Below, in pieces: positions 51,653 to 62,600 of a stretch of DNA of 64,000 nucleotides. Within the stretch, counting starts at the first letter, position 1, and each line of letters starts with the position of its first letter. This stretch comes from a virus, in the IMG/VR virus record IMGVR_UViG_3300045988_144476; one strand, 5' to 3'. The notes under the pieces are model-generated. The model was not told the origin of the DNA, did no database searches, and saw nothing but the letters and a program-made list of their open reading frames with translations. A program made the position numbers and the translations under genes.

Positions 51653-52570
51653 ATGGAACATAAGAAATTTATGGATATTCAAAGATTGAAAGAAGGATTT
51701 GCAGATGGATTTCGTCCTGGAGATGAGATCGTAGTGCAGGAAAAGTTTGATGGGAGCTGTGCTTCTTGTAGATATGATGTAGAAACAGGTAAGTTAGTAG
51801 CTTTTTCAAGAAGACAAATCCTTGATCCTCTCAGTAATACACTAAGTGGTTTCTATAACTATATACAGTCTTTGAATGCAGATGAATTTAAGGATTATCC
51901 AGACTATGTAGTATTTGGAGAATGGTCTGGAGCAAGAAATGCAATTATTTATTATCCTGAAAATACTAAAAAATGGTATGTGTTCGATATTTATGATGTA
52001 AGTAAACAAGGATATTTACCACAGTCTGAAGTAAAGAGATTTGCTGAGGAACATGGATTGGATTACATCAATACATATTATATTGGACCATTTATCAGTT
52101 GGGAACATGTCATGAGCTTTATGGGTACTTCAGCATATGGAGATACGCAGGAAGGTATTGTTGTAAAGAATCAGACAAGACTTAATGATCCTAATTCAAG
52201 ATTACCATTTGTAGTAAAAATCGTTGGCGAAAAGTTTCATGAGATTGCAAAAACAAATCACGTAAGAAAAGTTGCTGATCCTCAAAAATTACAGGAAAGA
52301 GCAGTTGCACAAGAATTAACCGAGTCTATTGTTACAAGACGAAGAGTTGAAAAAGAATTATATAAGATGCGTGATGAAGGCATTATTCCAGCTGACTGGT
52401 GTGAGCAAGACATGAAGACAGTCGCAAGAGAATTGCCTAGTAGAATATATCATGATTGTGTAAAAGAAGAACCGGAAACAGTAACCGAAATCGGACAATA
52501 TTTTGGAAAGTTTTGTTCTTCAACTGCAATGCGATATGCACGTAACATCATTCTGGGAGATCCGGCCTGA
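51653..52570 (+). CDS. ATP-dependent RNA ligase-family nucleotidyltransferase (Rnl-like)
   Basis: Motif I QEKFDGS, motif III VFGEWSG, motif IV EGIVVKN, motif V VKIVGEKF. Confidence 0.75.
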   Translation: MEHKKFMDIQRLKEGFADGFRPGDEIVVQEKFDGSCASCRYDVETGKLVAFSRRQILDPLSNTLSGFYNYIQSLNADEFKDYPDYVVFGEWSGARNAIIYYPENTKKWYVFDIYDVSKQGYLPQSEVKRFAEEHGLDYINTYYIGPFISWEHVMSFMGTSAYGDTQEGIVVKNQTRLNDPNSRLPFVVKIVGEKFHEIAKTNHVRKVADPQKLQERAVAQELTESIVTRRRVEKELYKMRDEGIIPADWCEQDMKTVARELPSRIYHDCVKEEPETVTEIGQYFGKFCSSTAMRYARNIILGDPA

Positions 52571-52606
52571 TTATTGAGATATAAGAAGAAAGGAGGACTT
52601 GAATGA

Positions 52607-52822
52607 GTGGGACAATTAAAGAGTATAGAATGCAGCAGTTGCCATAACATGTATATGTATGATGATTCAGAAACATTTTTTGATGATCATGGATATGGTT
52701 ATTCTACAAAATTAGTGAAATGCAAATGCTGCGGAAAGATAAATATTGTTCGGTATTATCAAGATCGAGCAATGAAATTAAATAATGACAGTAGATTTTA
52801 TGATTACAGGAGAAATAAATAA
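52607..52822 (+). CDS. zinc-ribbon protein (71 aa), GTG start
   Basis: CSSCHN...CKCCGK pattern; aggagg lies 10 nt upstream. Confidence 0.5.
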   Translation: MGQLKSIECSSCHNMYMYDDSETFFDDHGYGYSTKLVKCKCCGKINIVRYYQDRAMKLNNDSRFYDYRRNK

Positions 52823-54039
52823 TGGCAAAAGTAAAAGAAAAAAAAGCTTTAGAGAAGAAAAATTGGACACAGAGTTTTATTCTTGTTGGTAAAGCGTGTG
52901 TTAATGATTATACATTTAAAATTGATGAAAGATCCAATAAGAGTGATTGGATTTACAATATGATCAATCTTGATGTTGATTGTGGTGAGAAATACGGAAA
53001 AGTTCGTTGTGAATTAATGGGTGGTTATGGACTTGAAAGAGATAATTGTCCAATTTGGGTTCATGGTAAAGACGAAAATGGACGTGATGATTTTAAAAAT
53101 ACTTATCAGATTGCATTTGAAGATAGATTTAACGAAGAGTATTTAGAAGATATTGGTAGTCTCTGTTTCTTATATGCTGGCATTGAAAGAGATGTCAAAG
53201 AAGAAGTGGCAGAATATAAATTTCTTCATGCTTATGATTATATTAAATATTTATCTGAACATCTCGAAAATGGAATGGAGATTAGAGTAACTGGTCAGCT
53301 GCGTTATTCAGTATATAATGGCAATGTACAGGTCAAAAAAGAGATTTCCAAAATCTATTTTAAGAGAGAAAAAGATGATTATGGTGCAACATTTAAACAG
53401 ACAATTCTTATTAATAAGGATTCTGTAGGAAAAGCAGATAAAGATAAATGTATTTTCCCTGTTACTGGATTTGTACTTGAGAAGTTTAAAGAATATAACG
53501 GAAATGATCTTACTGAAGGTGGAGCAGTCAAAGGTGGAAAATTTGTTCCTTTGAGAAAAATGTTTGAGTATGAATTCTCTCCGGAGGTTGAACCTGAAGC
53601 ACTTAAGAGAGCACTTAATCTTATGTTTAAGGTTAAAAAGGGTTATAACCAGGTTACATATGAAGGTGTATTTGTTGAAGGTGGGGCAGTTATTAAGACT
53701 ACTTATGATGATCTTACCGATGAGATTAAAGAGCTTGTTGATGCAAACATCTATACATTAGAAGAAGCTCTTGCTACTTGTACTGAAAACACCGGGAAAG
53801 AAAGACGAATGATTCTGAGAAAACCGATTATTGAATTGGTGGGCGAAGAAGGATCTAAAGTTGCTCAGGTACGTAAAATTGAAAATATTTATTCTGACGA
53901 AGATTTTATGCTGGATTATCTGATTGCTCATGAAGAGGAAGAATATGAGGAAGATCCGGAGATTGAAGCTACTGAGAGAACAGAAGAGGCTGCAGATGAA
54001 GTAGCAGATCTGTCATGGATGGAAAATCTTGGTGTCTAA
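52822..54039 (+). CDS. hypothetical protein with an acidic C-terminal tail, possibly an ssDNA-binding protein
   Basis: 405 aa located in the replication module. The tail EEEYEEDPEIEATERTEEAADEVADLSW is SSB-like. The function is inferred only. Confidence 0.6.
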   Translation: MAKVKEKKALEKKNWTQSFILVGKACVNDYTFKIDERSNKSDWIYNMINLDVDCGEKYGKVRCELMGGYGLERDNCPIWVHGKDENGRDDFKNTYQIAFEDRFNEEYLEDIGSLCFLYAGIERDVKEEVAEYKFLHAYDYIKYLSEHLENGMEIRVTGQLRYSVYNGNVQVKKEISKIYFKREKDDYGATFKQTILINKDSVGKADKDKCIFPVTGFVLEKFKEYNGNDLTEGGAVKGGKFVPLRKMFEYEFSPEVEPEALKRALNLMFKVKKGYNQVTYEGVFVEGGAVIKTTYDDLTDEIKELVDANIYTLEEALATCTENTGKERRMILRKPIIELVGEEGSKVAQVRKIENIYSDEDFMLDYLIAHEEEEYEEDPEIEATERTEEAADEVADLSWMENLGV

Positions 54040-54044
54040 TAGAT

Positions 54045-54058
54045 AATTCTTTAATCAA
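54045..54058 (+). repeat. intergenic motif copy, variant (AATTCTTTAATCAA)
   Basis: Lies after a stop codon. Confidence 0.65.
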
Positions 54059-54088
54059 TTAATAATAAATTACAGGGAGAATATATAA

Positions 54089-55234
54089 ATGGGATACGGA
54101 AAAAAGAATGTAATTAAAATTGATCCACTTTCATACAATATTGGTCTTATTGGAGAAAGTGGTATTGGAAAGACAACAATTATCAAAGAAATGTGTGAAA
54201 AGCTTGCCGGAGAAGACGGATATATCTTTCTTGAATGTGGGAAAGAAGATGGTGCCGATGGCATCAATGGAATCAATTATCTGAATTGTCCTGAATGGTC
54301 AATGGATTATGATGAATTAACAAACAGTATTGGGTTTGAAGATTTTGTTGATGATGTAGTTGAAAATAAAACAACAGAATATCCGGATTTAAAAACTGTA
54401 GTAATTGATACGTATGATCAGCTTTTGGAAATTTCAAAACCAGAAGTAATCAGAATGCATAATTCTGAAAACCCAGATAAGCCAGTAAAATCTATTAAAG
54501 CAGCTTTTGGTGGATATATGGCTGGAGAAGATAAAGCTACAGAAATTGTGTTAGATAAATTATGGGAGCTGAAAACTGTTGGTGTACATTTCATTATCAT
54601 CGGACATGTCAAACAGCGTCAACAGGATGATGTAGTTACCGGACAGACATACACTTCACTGACTACAAATATGTCAATGAGAGATTTTAATGCAATTAAA
54701 ACAAAACTTCATTTTCTTGGGGTTGCTTCTATTGATAGAGAAATTGTTCAAGAAAAAACAGGAAAGACAAAAAAGGAAAAAGGTAAAGATGTAAACATAA
54801 TGAAGGGCGTTATTACAAAAGAGAGTAGAAAAATTACTTTCCGTGATGATTCCTATTCGATTGATTCTAAATCACGTTTTGCTGATATTGTTCCGGAGAT
54901 TCCTTTTGATGTTGATGAATTAATCAAAGCTCTTACAGATGCAATTAAAACAGAAGCTTCTAAAGGTTCTAAATCTATTTCGGATCTTGAAAAAGAGCAG
55001 AAAGCTTCTGAGGCTGAACGCATGAGACATATTGCAGAAGTAGAAGCTGCAAATAAAGTAAAAAAGGAACTTGATGAGATTAACTCTAAAATCAAAGAAT
55101 TCTGTACAGTTAATAAATCTAAACCGGCAGCACTGAAACCACTAATCGAAGCTGCAAAAGCATGTGGACTTAAAAATCCAATGGCAGCAGAAGATGTTGA
55201 GACAGCGAAGAAAATCCTTTCTGCGGTTGCATAA
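54089..55234 (+). CDS. AAA_24/Sak4-like RecA-fold ATPase
   Basis: Walker A GESGIGKTT and Walker B VVIDTYDQ; located in a phage replication/recombination context. Confidence 0.75.
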   Translation: MGYGKKNVIKIDPLSYNIGLIGESGIGKTTIIKEMCEKLAGEDGYIFLECGKEDGADGINGINYLNCPEWSMDYDELTNSIGFEDFVDDVVENKTTEYPDLKTVVIDTYDQLLEISKPEVIRMHNSENPDKPVKSIKAAFGGYMAGEDKATEIVLDKLWELKTVGVHFIIIGHVKQRQQDDVVTGQTYTSLTTNMSMRDFNAIKTKLHFLGVASIDREIVQEKTGKTKKEKGKDVNIMKGVITKESRKITFRDDSYSIDSKSRFADIVPEIPFDVDELIKALTDAIKTEASKGSKSISDLEKEQKASEAERMRHIAEVEAANKVKKELDEINSKIKEFCTVNKSKPAALKPLIEAAKACGLKNPMAAEDVETAKKILSAVA

Positions 55235-55294
55235 ATATAATTCCCAGGGCTTAATGCTCTGGGAAAACTTCTAAGGATTGGAGTAAAAGAAAAA

Positions 55295-55804
55295 ATGGCT
55301 AAAAAGATGACTAGAAGTAAAGTTAAGAAAGATAAGACACCAAAAGAAGATGAGATTTTTTCTAGGAAAGACGCTGAGTTTCGTGCGATGTGTGCTTGGA
55401 TTGAAAGAGAGTTATTTAATTATAATGGGACAGATCAGCATTTACATACGAAAGCTTGTTTAAGATTGCAAGGTCTTAGAAAAGGTCAGAATATAGCAAA
55501 TAATAAACATGATAAGTATGGTAATTATTCTGTAGAATGTGTATTCAATACATTTAAGGCCAATAAACTTATTATTCAAAATGCAATCAAAGGAAAAGAT
55601 TTTACAGATGAATATAAAAAAATGGCTTATATATGTGCAATCATTGAAGTAAGAATCAATGAGATGTACCTCAGAATGAAAAATGCAGAACTCAGTAAGC
55701 AGAAACAGGAGTCTATTGATACTAAGGCACAAGATAATGATACAGCAGAATATAAAAGACAGACAGATGAAAGCACTAATTCTGTATTCGAGGATATTTG
55801 GTAA
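55295..55804 (+). CDS. hypothetical protein (169 aa)
   Basis: ORF upstream of the helicase gene. Confidence 0.6.
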   Translation: MAKKMTRSKVKKDKTPKEDEIFSRKDAEFRAMCAWIERELFNYNGTDQHLHTKACLRLQGLRKGQNIANNKHDKYGNYSVECVFNTFKANKLIIQNAIKGKDFTDEYKKMAYICAIIEVRINEMYLRMKNAELSKQKQESIDTKAQDNDTAEYKRQTDESTNSVFEDIW

Positions 55805-57331
55805 TTGGCTGCGACTGCTAATGGCACAAAAGTACGCAGTGGTGCGGATAAAAAGGTCGCTTCAGCATTTGAAAAGGAATGCATAGAGACACTAAAACAA
55901 GTAAACGAATATAAACTTATTGCAGAAGCAAATGCTGTTACTTCTATATATAAGGATGCGGATCTTATTAGAGAAACATCTTTAAAATTGGAAGATATAA
56001 CAAATAATGCTTGGAGAGTTTATTTCTCTATAGCAAATGACATTATTAATGTTGAAAAGAAAAATACACTTGATGAAATAACAATCAACATGTATTTATC
56101 AAAGCATTCTAAATTGAGTAAGAAATATGATGAATATGGTGGATTTGAAAAAATCAGCAATGCTATTGAATATATTCAGATCGACAACTTTGAATCTTAT
56201 GTAAGTGAGATAAAAAAATGGAATGCGGTAATGCGGCTTGTTAAACTTGGATTCCCTGTAAAAGATAACCTGAGTAAATATGTCGATGCTAAAGCAGAAG
56301 ATATTTACAATGAACTGGAAGCATTACTTAATCATACATTTATTAATGTCGAAACAGAAGTAAAAACATATAATGCTTGTGATGGTATTTATGATTTGAT
56401 TGATGAACTTAATAGTGGTAGCCAAGTAGGAATGCCTTTAGATCATGCAAATATTCTTAATAAAGAAATTGGTGGTATCAATTTTAATGGCAATATTTAT
56501 GGGTTAGGAGCTAATTCTGGTGTTGGTAAATCAACAACAGCAATTAATTACTTAATGCCTTCTGTTCTTCATCATAATGAAAAAATGGTCATGATGATCA
56601 ATGAGGAAGATCAGAATAAGGTTAAAAAAGAATTACTGATATGGGTGGCTAATAATGTATTCAGAGGAGATATTCATAAATATCAGCTTCGTGACGGTAA
56701 TTTTAGTCCGGAAATGATGGAAGTATTAAAAAAAGCTGCTGATTATTTGGAGAAGTTAAAAGAACGAAGGAATATTACAATTATTCCGTTTGAAAAATAC
56801 ACAGTTAAAGCAGCTATTAAGATAATTAAAAAATATTCTTCTATGGGTGTAAGGCTGTTCGTTCTCGATACTTTGAAAGAGTCTGCAGATTCAAGAAATA
56901 TTGATACTTGGAAATCAATGGAACGAGATATGGTTGATTTATATGACGTTGTAAAGCCAGCAGCTAAGAATGTAGCTCTATTTGTTACATATCAGCTTGG
57001 TAAAGCTTCTGTTAAATTAAGATATCTTACCAATAATGAAATTGGACAGGCAAAAAATATCCTTGATGTATTTAGTGTAAATTTGATGATGCGAAAACCA
57101 TTTGAGGATGAATTCCCTGGTGGATCGCATGAAATCAAAGCATATAAACTTAGTAAGAATAAAAATACAAAGGTTCCTTATATTTTGGATAGAAATAAGC
57201 ATTATATGATTACATTTATTACAAAAAATAGATTTGGTGCTACGGATCAATTCCAGATTATATCTGAATATGATTTAAGTACAAACATACATGAAGACGT
57301 TGCAATTTGTAATATAGCACAAGATTTTTAG
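55805..57331 (+). CDS. DnaB-like replicative helicase, TTG start
   Basis: Walker A GANSGVGKST, Walker B-like FVLDTLK, RecA-fold C-terminal domain. Confidence 0.75.
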   Translation: MAATANGTKVRSGADKKVASAFEKECIETLKQVNEYKLIAEANAVTSIYKDADLIRETSLKLEDITNNAWRVYFSIANDIINVEKKNTLDEITINMYLSKHSKLSKKYDEYGGFEKISNAIEYIQIDNFESYVSEIKKWNAVMRLVKLGFPVKDNLSKYVDAKAEDIYNELEALLNHTFINVETEVKTYNACDGIYDLIDELNSGSQVGMPLDHANILNKEIGGINFNGNIYGLGANSGVGKSTTAINYLMPSVLHHNEKMVMMINEEDQNKVKKELLIWVANNVFRGDIHKYQLRDGNFSPEMMEVLKKAADYLEKLKERRNITIIPFEKYTVKAAIKIIKKYSSMGVRLFVLDTLKESADSRNIDTWKSMERDMVDLYDVVKPAAKNVALFVTYQLGKASVKLRYLTNNEIGQAKNILDVFSVNLMMRKPFEDEFPGGSHEIKAYKLSKNKNTKVPYILDRNKHYMITFITKNRFGATDQFQIISEYDLSTNIHEDVAICNIAQDF

Positions 57332-57346
57332 GCAGGTAAAATATGA

Positions 57347-58420
57347 ATGACTGCTTTGGAACTGAAAAACTATATATATAAGAATGGAAAGATACCATTT
57401 GTTTTAGAATCAATCGGCTGTGGGAATATAATATATCATGAGAAAAAAGATTATTATAGCTGCTCAAATGCAGTTGGAGGTGATTGTAATAATCCTGCAG
57501 CCATTAATATAAAAAATGATTCTTATTTAAATTATAGGAATTATACCAGAAATGTATCTTATGATGATGGTCAGGATATTATTTCATTGGTTGAATACAA
57601 TAAGAACTGTGATTTTGTTGAAGCAATGAAATATTTACATGGATTATTTGGAATTGCTTATTCGTATGAGAAGAAGATTGAAAAACCAAAAGATGATTCA
57701 TGGTTTATATTTTCTAAATATGCTACACGAAGACGGAAGCAGTCAAAAGAGTTTAATCCTATGGATGAAGGTATATTAACTGATTTTGTACCTTATATTC
57801 ATATTAATCTATTTAAAGAAGGGATCATTAAAAAAACCATTAAAAAGTTTGAATTAGGTTATTCGTATAGATGGAAAAGAACAATATTTCCTATTCGATA
57901 TTGGCTTGACGGAACCTTGATGGGGTATAACGCAAGAAGCTCAGTTGAAAACTGTGAGGAGTTTGGAATTCCAAAATACTTCATTACTCCAGGATTGCGT
58001 AAAGAAATAAATTTATATGGACTATGGCAGAACTATAAGGATATTCAAAAGGCTGGATATGTTACAGTGTTTGAAGCTGAGAAATCAGTATTAAAACGAG
58101 ATAGTTTGAATGATCCTACTGGTGTTGCTCTTGAAGGGCATTTTATGTCAGAAGAACAGGTCAGGATTATTTTAGGAACCGGTGTAAAAGAAGTAATCAT
58201 TGCTATGGATAAAGATGTTCCAATTGAAGAAGTTTGGAATATGTGTGAAAAATTCTATGGTATGAGAAAGGTTAGTTATATTTATGATGAATATAATGTG
58301 CTTGGTCCGAAAGATTCTCCTGCTGATGCTAAAAATAAAGTATATAAGATTTTATTTAAATATAGAAGAAAATATGATGCTAAAAAGCATTATGAGTATT
58401 TGAAGAGATTAAAAAAGTAA
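57347..58420 (+). CDS. DNA primase (TOPRIM, DnaG-like)
   Basis: TOPRIM motifs VFEAEKS and IAMDKD. Confidence 0.75.
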   Translation: MTALELKNYIYKNGKIPFVLESIGCGNIIYHEKKDYYSCSNAVGGDCNNPAAINIKNDSYLNYRNYTRNVSYDDGQDIISLVEYNKNCDFVEAMKYLHGLFGIAYSYEKKIEKPKDDSWFIFSKYATRRRKQSKEFNPMDEGILTDFVPYIHINLFKEGIIKKTIKKFELGYSYRWKRTIFPIRYWLDGTLMGYNARSSVENCEEFGIPKYFITPGLRKEINLYGLWQNYKDIQKAGYVTVFEAEKSVLKRDSLNDPTGVALEGHFMSEEQVRIILGTGVKEVIIAMDKDVPIEEVWNMCEKFYGMRKVSYIYDEYNVLGPKDSPADAKNKVYKILFKYRRKYDAKKHYEYLKRLKK

Positions 58421-59605
58421 TTGAGAGTTAGTTATGAAGATTTAAAAAAGTTGTGCGAGGCACTTGGAACAGATAGGTTAAATTCATGGAGTAGAGTTAA
58501 CTGTGTACATAATAGTTTATATGAATATTTGCTTAAATATATTTTACATATAAAAGAAGATCGTGATGATTCTATTTATAAAGTAACTGGTGGAATTAGT
58601 CATGATATTATGGAACGGTTTTATACTCATGAATTAGACTATGATAAGATGGCAGAAGAATTCGATGATGGTTGGATGACTGCATTTGATATTGCCGAAC
58701 TTAAATTTGTAAGAGGTGATGGAAAAAGAAACCAAAGTATTGCTGATAAGTATTATTATGATCTGAAAAATTTCTTCGAGACACATGAAGTAATTACTGA
58801 ACCAATTGATATTGAACAGTTCGTTACTGTAAAAGTTGGCGATGAATATTATCAAGGCTATATTGATGCTTTAATCAGTCATGAAGATGGTAGTTATACA
58901 ATACTAGATTGGAAGACATCGAGTATATACAAGGGAGATAAAGCCAAAAATGAGTGTGGTCAATTAGTCATGTATTCTCTAGCTTTACATCAAAAAGGAA
59001 TTCCATTCGATAAAATTAAGATTGCATGGAACTTTCTTAAATATCAATGTGTAACTGTACAATCTAAAAAGGGAGTTAAAAAAGTCAGAGAGATTGAACG
59101 ATGTACTCTTGGAGAGAAGTTGCAGGCTAATGCTAAGATGTGGCTTAAAGAATTTGGTTACACTGAAGATCAGGTATTTGAATATCTTGATAAGCTGGCC
59201 CAGACAAATGATATCAAAGTTCTACCGGAAGAAGTTCAGGAAAAATATGAATTTCATGATTGTTATGTATATGTAGAGCTTACTCAGGAACTAATTGATT
59301 ATTGGACAAACTTTATTATTGATACCATGAAGGAGATCCGTAGTAAAGAAGCTCAGTATGAAGAATTAAAAGAAGCAGGTAAGTATGAAGAGGCTGATAA
59401 ACTCTGGTGGGAAGATGAAGAATCAGTAAAGAAGCAGAGTTATTATTTATCAAATCTTTGTGGGTACTCTCCTAATTTACACAAACCATATAAAGCATAT
59501 TTGGAAGCATTAGATGCAAAAAAGAATGGTGACATTTTGGGAACCAAGAAGAAGTCTGATGAAGAATATGCAATTGATGATTTAGGATGGCTTAATAATC
59601 TGTAA
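58421..59605 (+). CDS. PD-(D/E)xK nuclease (RecB/Cas4-like exonuclease), TTG start
   Basis: Motif GYIDALI...YTILDWKTS. Confidence 0.7.
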   Translation: MRVSYEDLKKLCEALGTDRLNSWSRVNCVHNSLYEYLLKYILHIKEDRDDSIYKVTGGISHDIMERFYTHELDYDKMAEEFDDGWMTAFDIAELKFVRGDGKRNQSIADKYYYDLKNFFETHEVITEPIDIEQFVTVKVGDEYYQGYIDALISHEDGSYTILDWKTSSIYKGDKAKNECGQLVMYSLALHQKGIPFDKIKIAWNFLKYQCVTVQSKKGVKKVREIERCTLGEKLQANAKMWLKEFGYTEDQVFEYLDKLAQTNDIKVLPEEVQEKYEFHDCYVYVELTQELIDYWTNFIIDTMKEIRSKEAQYEELKEAGKYEEADKLWWEDEESVKKQSYYLSNLCGYSPNLHKPYKAYLEALDAKKNGDILGTKKKSDEEYAIDDLGWLNNL

Positions 59606-59618
59606 ATAGGAGAAAGAA

Positions 59619-62600
59619 ATGGGAAACAGAAATTATACTATTTATCATCTTCATTCTGATTTGTCAAATGGTGTTACTAATATAGATAGCGTTACAAAAT
59701 ATTTTGAATATATCAATCGTGCTAAAGAACTTGGAATGAAAGCTTTAGGCTTCAGCGAGCATGGATGCTTACTTGAGTGGGTACATAAAAAAAATAAAAT
59801 AGAAGCTGCTGGAATGAAATATATTCATGCAGAAGAATTTTATATTACAGAAAAATTATACCATGATCCAGAGATTACAGAAGAAATCTACAAATCACTA
59901 GAGGCTGATGACGAAGAGCAAACACGAGAGAATATCGAAGAATACATTGAAAAAAATAAATTTCAGGTTAGAGATAATTACCATTGTGTTTTGATTGCCA
60001 AGAACCAAGCTGGTGTAGAAGAATTAAATAGACTTTCATCACTTGCATTTAAAAGAGATGGACATTTTTATTATAATCCTAGAATTACATTAGATGAACT
60101 TATTAGTACGTCTGATAATATTTTGATTACAACAGCTTGTCTTGGTGGAATTTTAGCTAGTGAAAACAAATCAGCACAAGAAAAATTCCTTAAATTTTTA
60201 ATTGATAATAAAGATAGATGCTATCTTGAAATACAACATCATATGGATGATAAGCAAATTCAATATAATAAATATCTTGCAAAGATATCAAAAAAATATG
60301 GAATTCCGCTTATCGCTGGAACTGACACCCATTGTTTAAATGAAAAGCATTCTTTGGGACGTAGTATTTTGCAGCAATCAAAGAAAATTTCGTTCCCTGA
60401 AGAGGCTAAATTTGATTTATTACTTAAAACATATAAAGAATTAGTTGAAGCTTTTCGCAGACAAAATGCTTTACCAGAAGAAGTTTATTTGGAAGCAATT
60501 GAAGAAACGAATAGAATGGCCGATAGGATAGAAACATTTGTATTGGATTATACAAAAAAATATCCTAAATTATACGAAGACTCCTTGGGTACATTAAAAC
60601 AAAAGATTGTTGAAGGTATAAAAAATAGAGGAGTATATAAATATCCTAATTATGACGAATATAAGAAGAGAGTTGCTTATGAGTTAAAAACGTATATTCA
60701 TAATCAGGCTATTGACTTTGTATTACTCGAAGAGGATTATAAAACAGCATTAAAAAAACAGGGTGTTGAATTTGGATATTCAAGAGGATCTGTTTCTGGT
60801 AGTGAAATTGCATATCTTCTTGGTATTACAGAAGTTGACAGTATTAAATTTGGATTAAATTTTGAAAGATTTATGAATACAGAGCGTGTGTCTTTAGCTG
60901 ATGTTGATACCGACTGGTATAAAGAAGACCGTTGGAAAGTACGAGAATATTTATTCAAAAAAGAAGGACTACATTGTTGTAATATTATTACTTTTAATAC
61001 TATTAAAATGCGTGGAGCAATTAAAGATGTTGGTAGAGCTTTAGGAATGACACCAGAACAAACACAGGCTATATGTAATACGGTTCAAGAAGAAGATAAA
61101 AAAGAATTTGTTCCAGATCATATACGTAAGCAGTATCAAAAATTATTTGAGTATGTTGATATTGTAGTTGGCACAATTACATCTCTAGGAAGACATGCAG
61201 CAGGCCTTGTTGTTGCGCCACATGATATAGATTCAAAATTTGGCACCTTGTATATTTCTTCTGATGATAAACCTATATCACAGATTAATATGAAAGAAAT
61301 TGATTCTCTTAACTACGTAAAGCTTGATGTTTTAGGACTTGATTGTGTAGGGCTTATTTATAAGACATGTAAAGCTGCAGGTATTGATTTCTTGACACCA
61401 GACAATATGGACTTCGATGATATCGAAGTCTGGAAAGACATTGCAAATGATACAACTTTAATCTTCCAGTTCGAGTCGGATTTTGCTGGTAATTACTTAA
61501 AAGATATACTTCGAGACTCAACTATTGAAAAAATTAAAGAAAAGAATAACAATTTCTCATACATTGACTTAATGTCAATGGCAAATGGTGCTATACGTCC
61601 TGCCGGAAATTCATATAGAAATGAATTATCACAAGGTGTTTATCGTGATAATGGGCATCCAGCTTTGAATGAATTCTTGGCACCTACACTTGGATACTTA
61701 GTATACCAAGAACAGATCATAGCCTTTTTGCATCAGTTTTGTGGATTTACAATGGGTGAAGCTGATGTTGTACGAAGACATTTTTCTAAAAAGACAGGTA
61801 CAGAACATGATATTCCGGTTATAAAGAATGGTGGCTATTTACTTGATGCTGATGGTAATAGAACAAGTGATCATTATATTGATGGATTTATTAAGACCAT
61901 GAACAGTAAATATGGTGTTTCACAAGAGGAAAGTGAAGAGCTTATTATTAATTTTCTCAAAGTTATTATAGACGCAAGTGATTATCTCTTTTCTCAGAAC
62001 CATGCTGACCCATACAGTTTTTTAGGTTTTGCTTGTGGATATCTAAGACATTATTATCCTCTGGAAACTTTTACAGAAGCATTAAACATATATGCATCTG
62101 ATGCCGAAAAAAGTGCAAAGATTAAAGATTATATTGCTAGTAAAGGATATGAAATAAAACCTATTAAGTTTGGTCGTTCTGGTGCCGAATATATGTGTGA
62201 TAAGAAAAATAAAGTCATATATCAGGGAATAGGCAGCATTAAATATTGCAATAATCAGATTGCAGATGAGTTGCTTGAATTAGCAAAGAATAATCGTTAT
62301 AAAACTTTTGTTGATTTATTGTTCGATATCCATAATAAGACAACTCTAAATTCTAAGCAGCTTACAATTCTTATGGGATTAAACTTTTTCTCTGAATTTG
62401 GTAACAATAAATATCTTATGCAGATATCAGATCTTTACGATAAATTTGCTACATGCAAGATTATTAGTAAAAAGAAGATGGAAGATTTAGGATTATCAGA
62501 ATATCTCATGAAGAAATATTCGAATAAAGAAACAGCTTCTCAGTATAGAGAACTTGACAATATAGGTCTAATCACTGAATTATCATCCAGACTTGAAGAT

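Noticed and set aside
1133-60958. All minus-strand ORFs in the track, for example 1133-1450, 7354-7602, 15329-15553, 23303-23665, 28353-28718, 43375-43728, 44712-45098, 51182-51592 and 60737-60958.
   Set aside because: Each lies entirely antisense to a longer + strand gene with an RBS and recognisable motifs. None has its own RBS. Their compositions (I/F/L/S-rich) are typical of antisense frames in AT-rich DNA.
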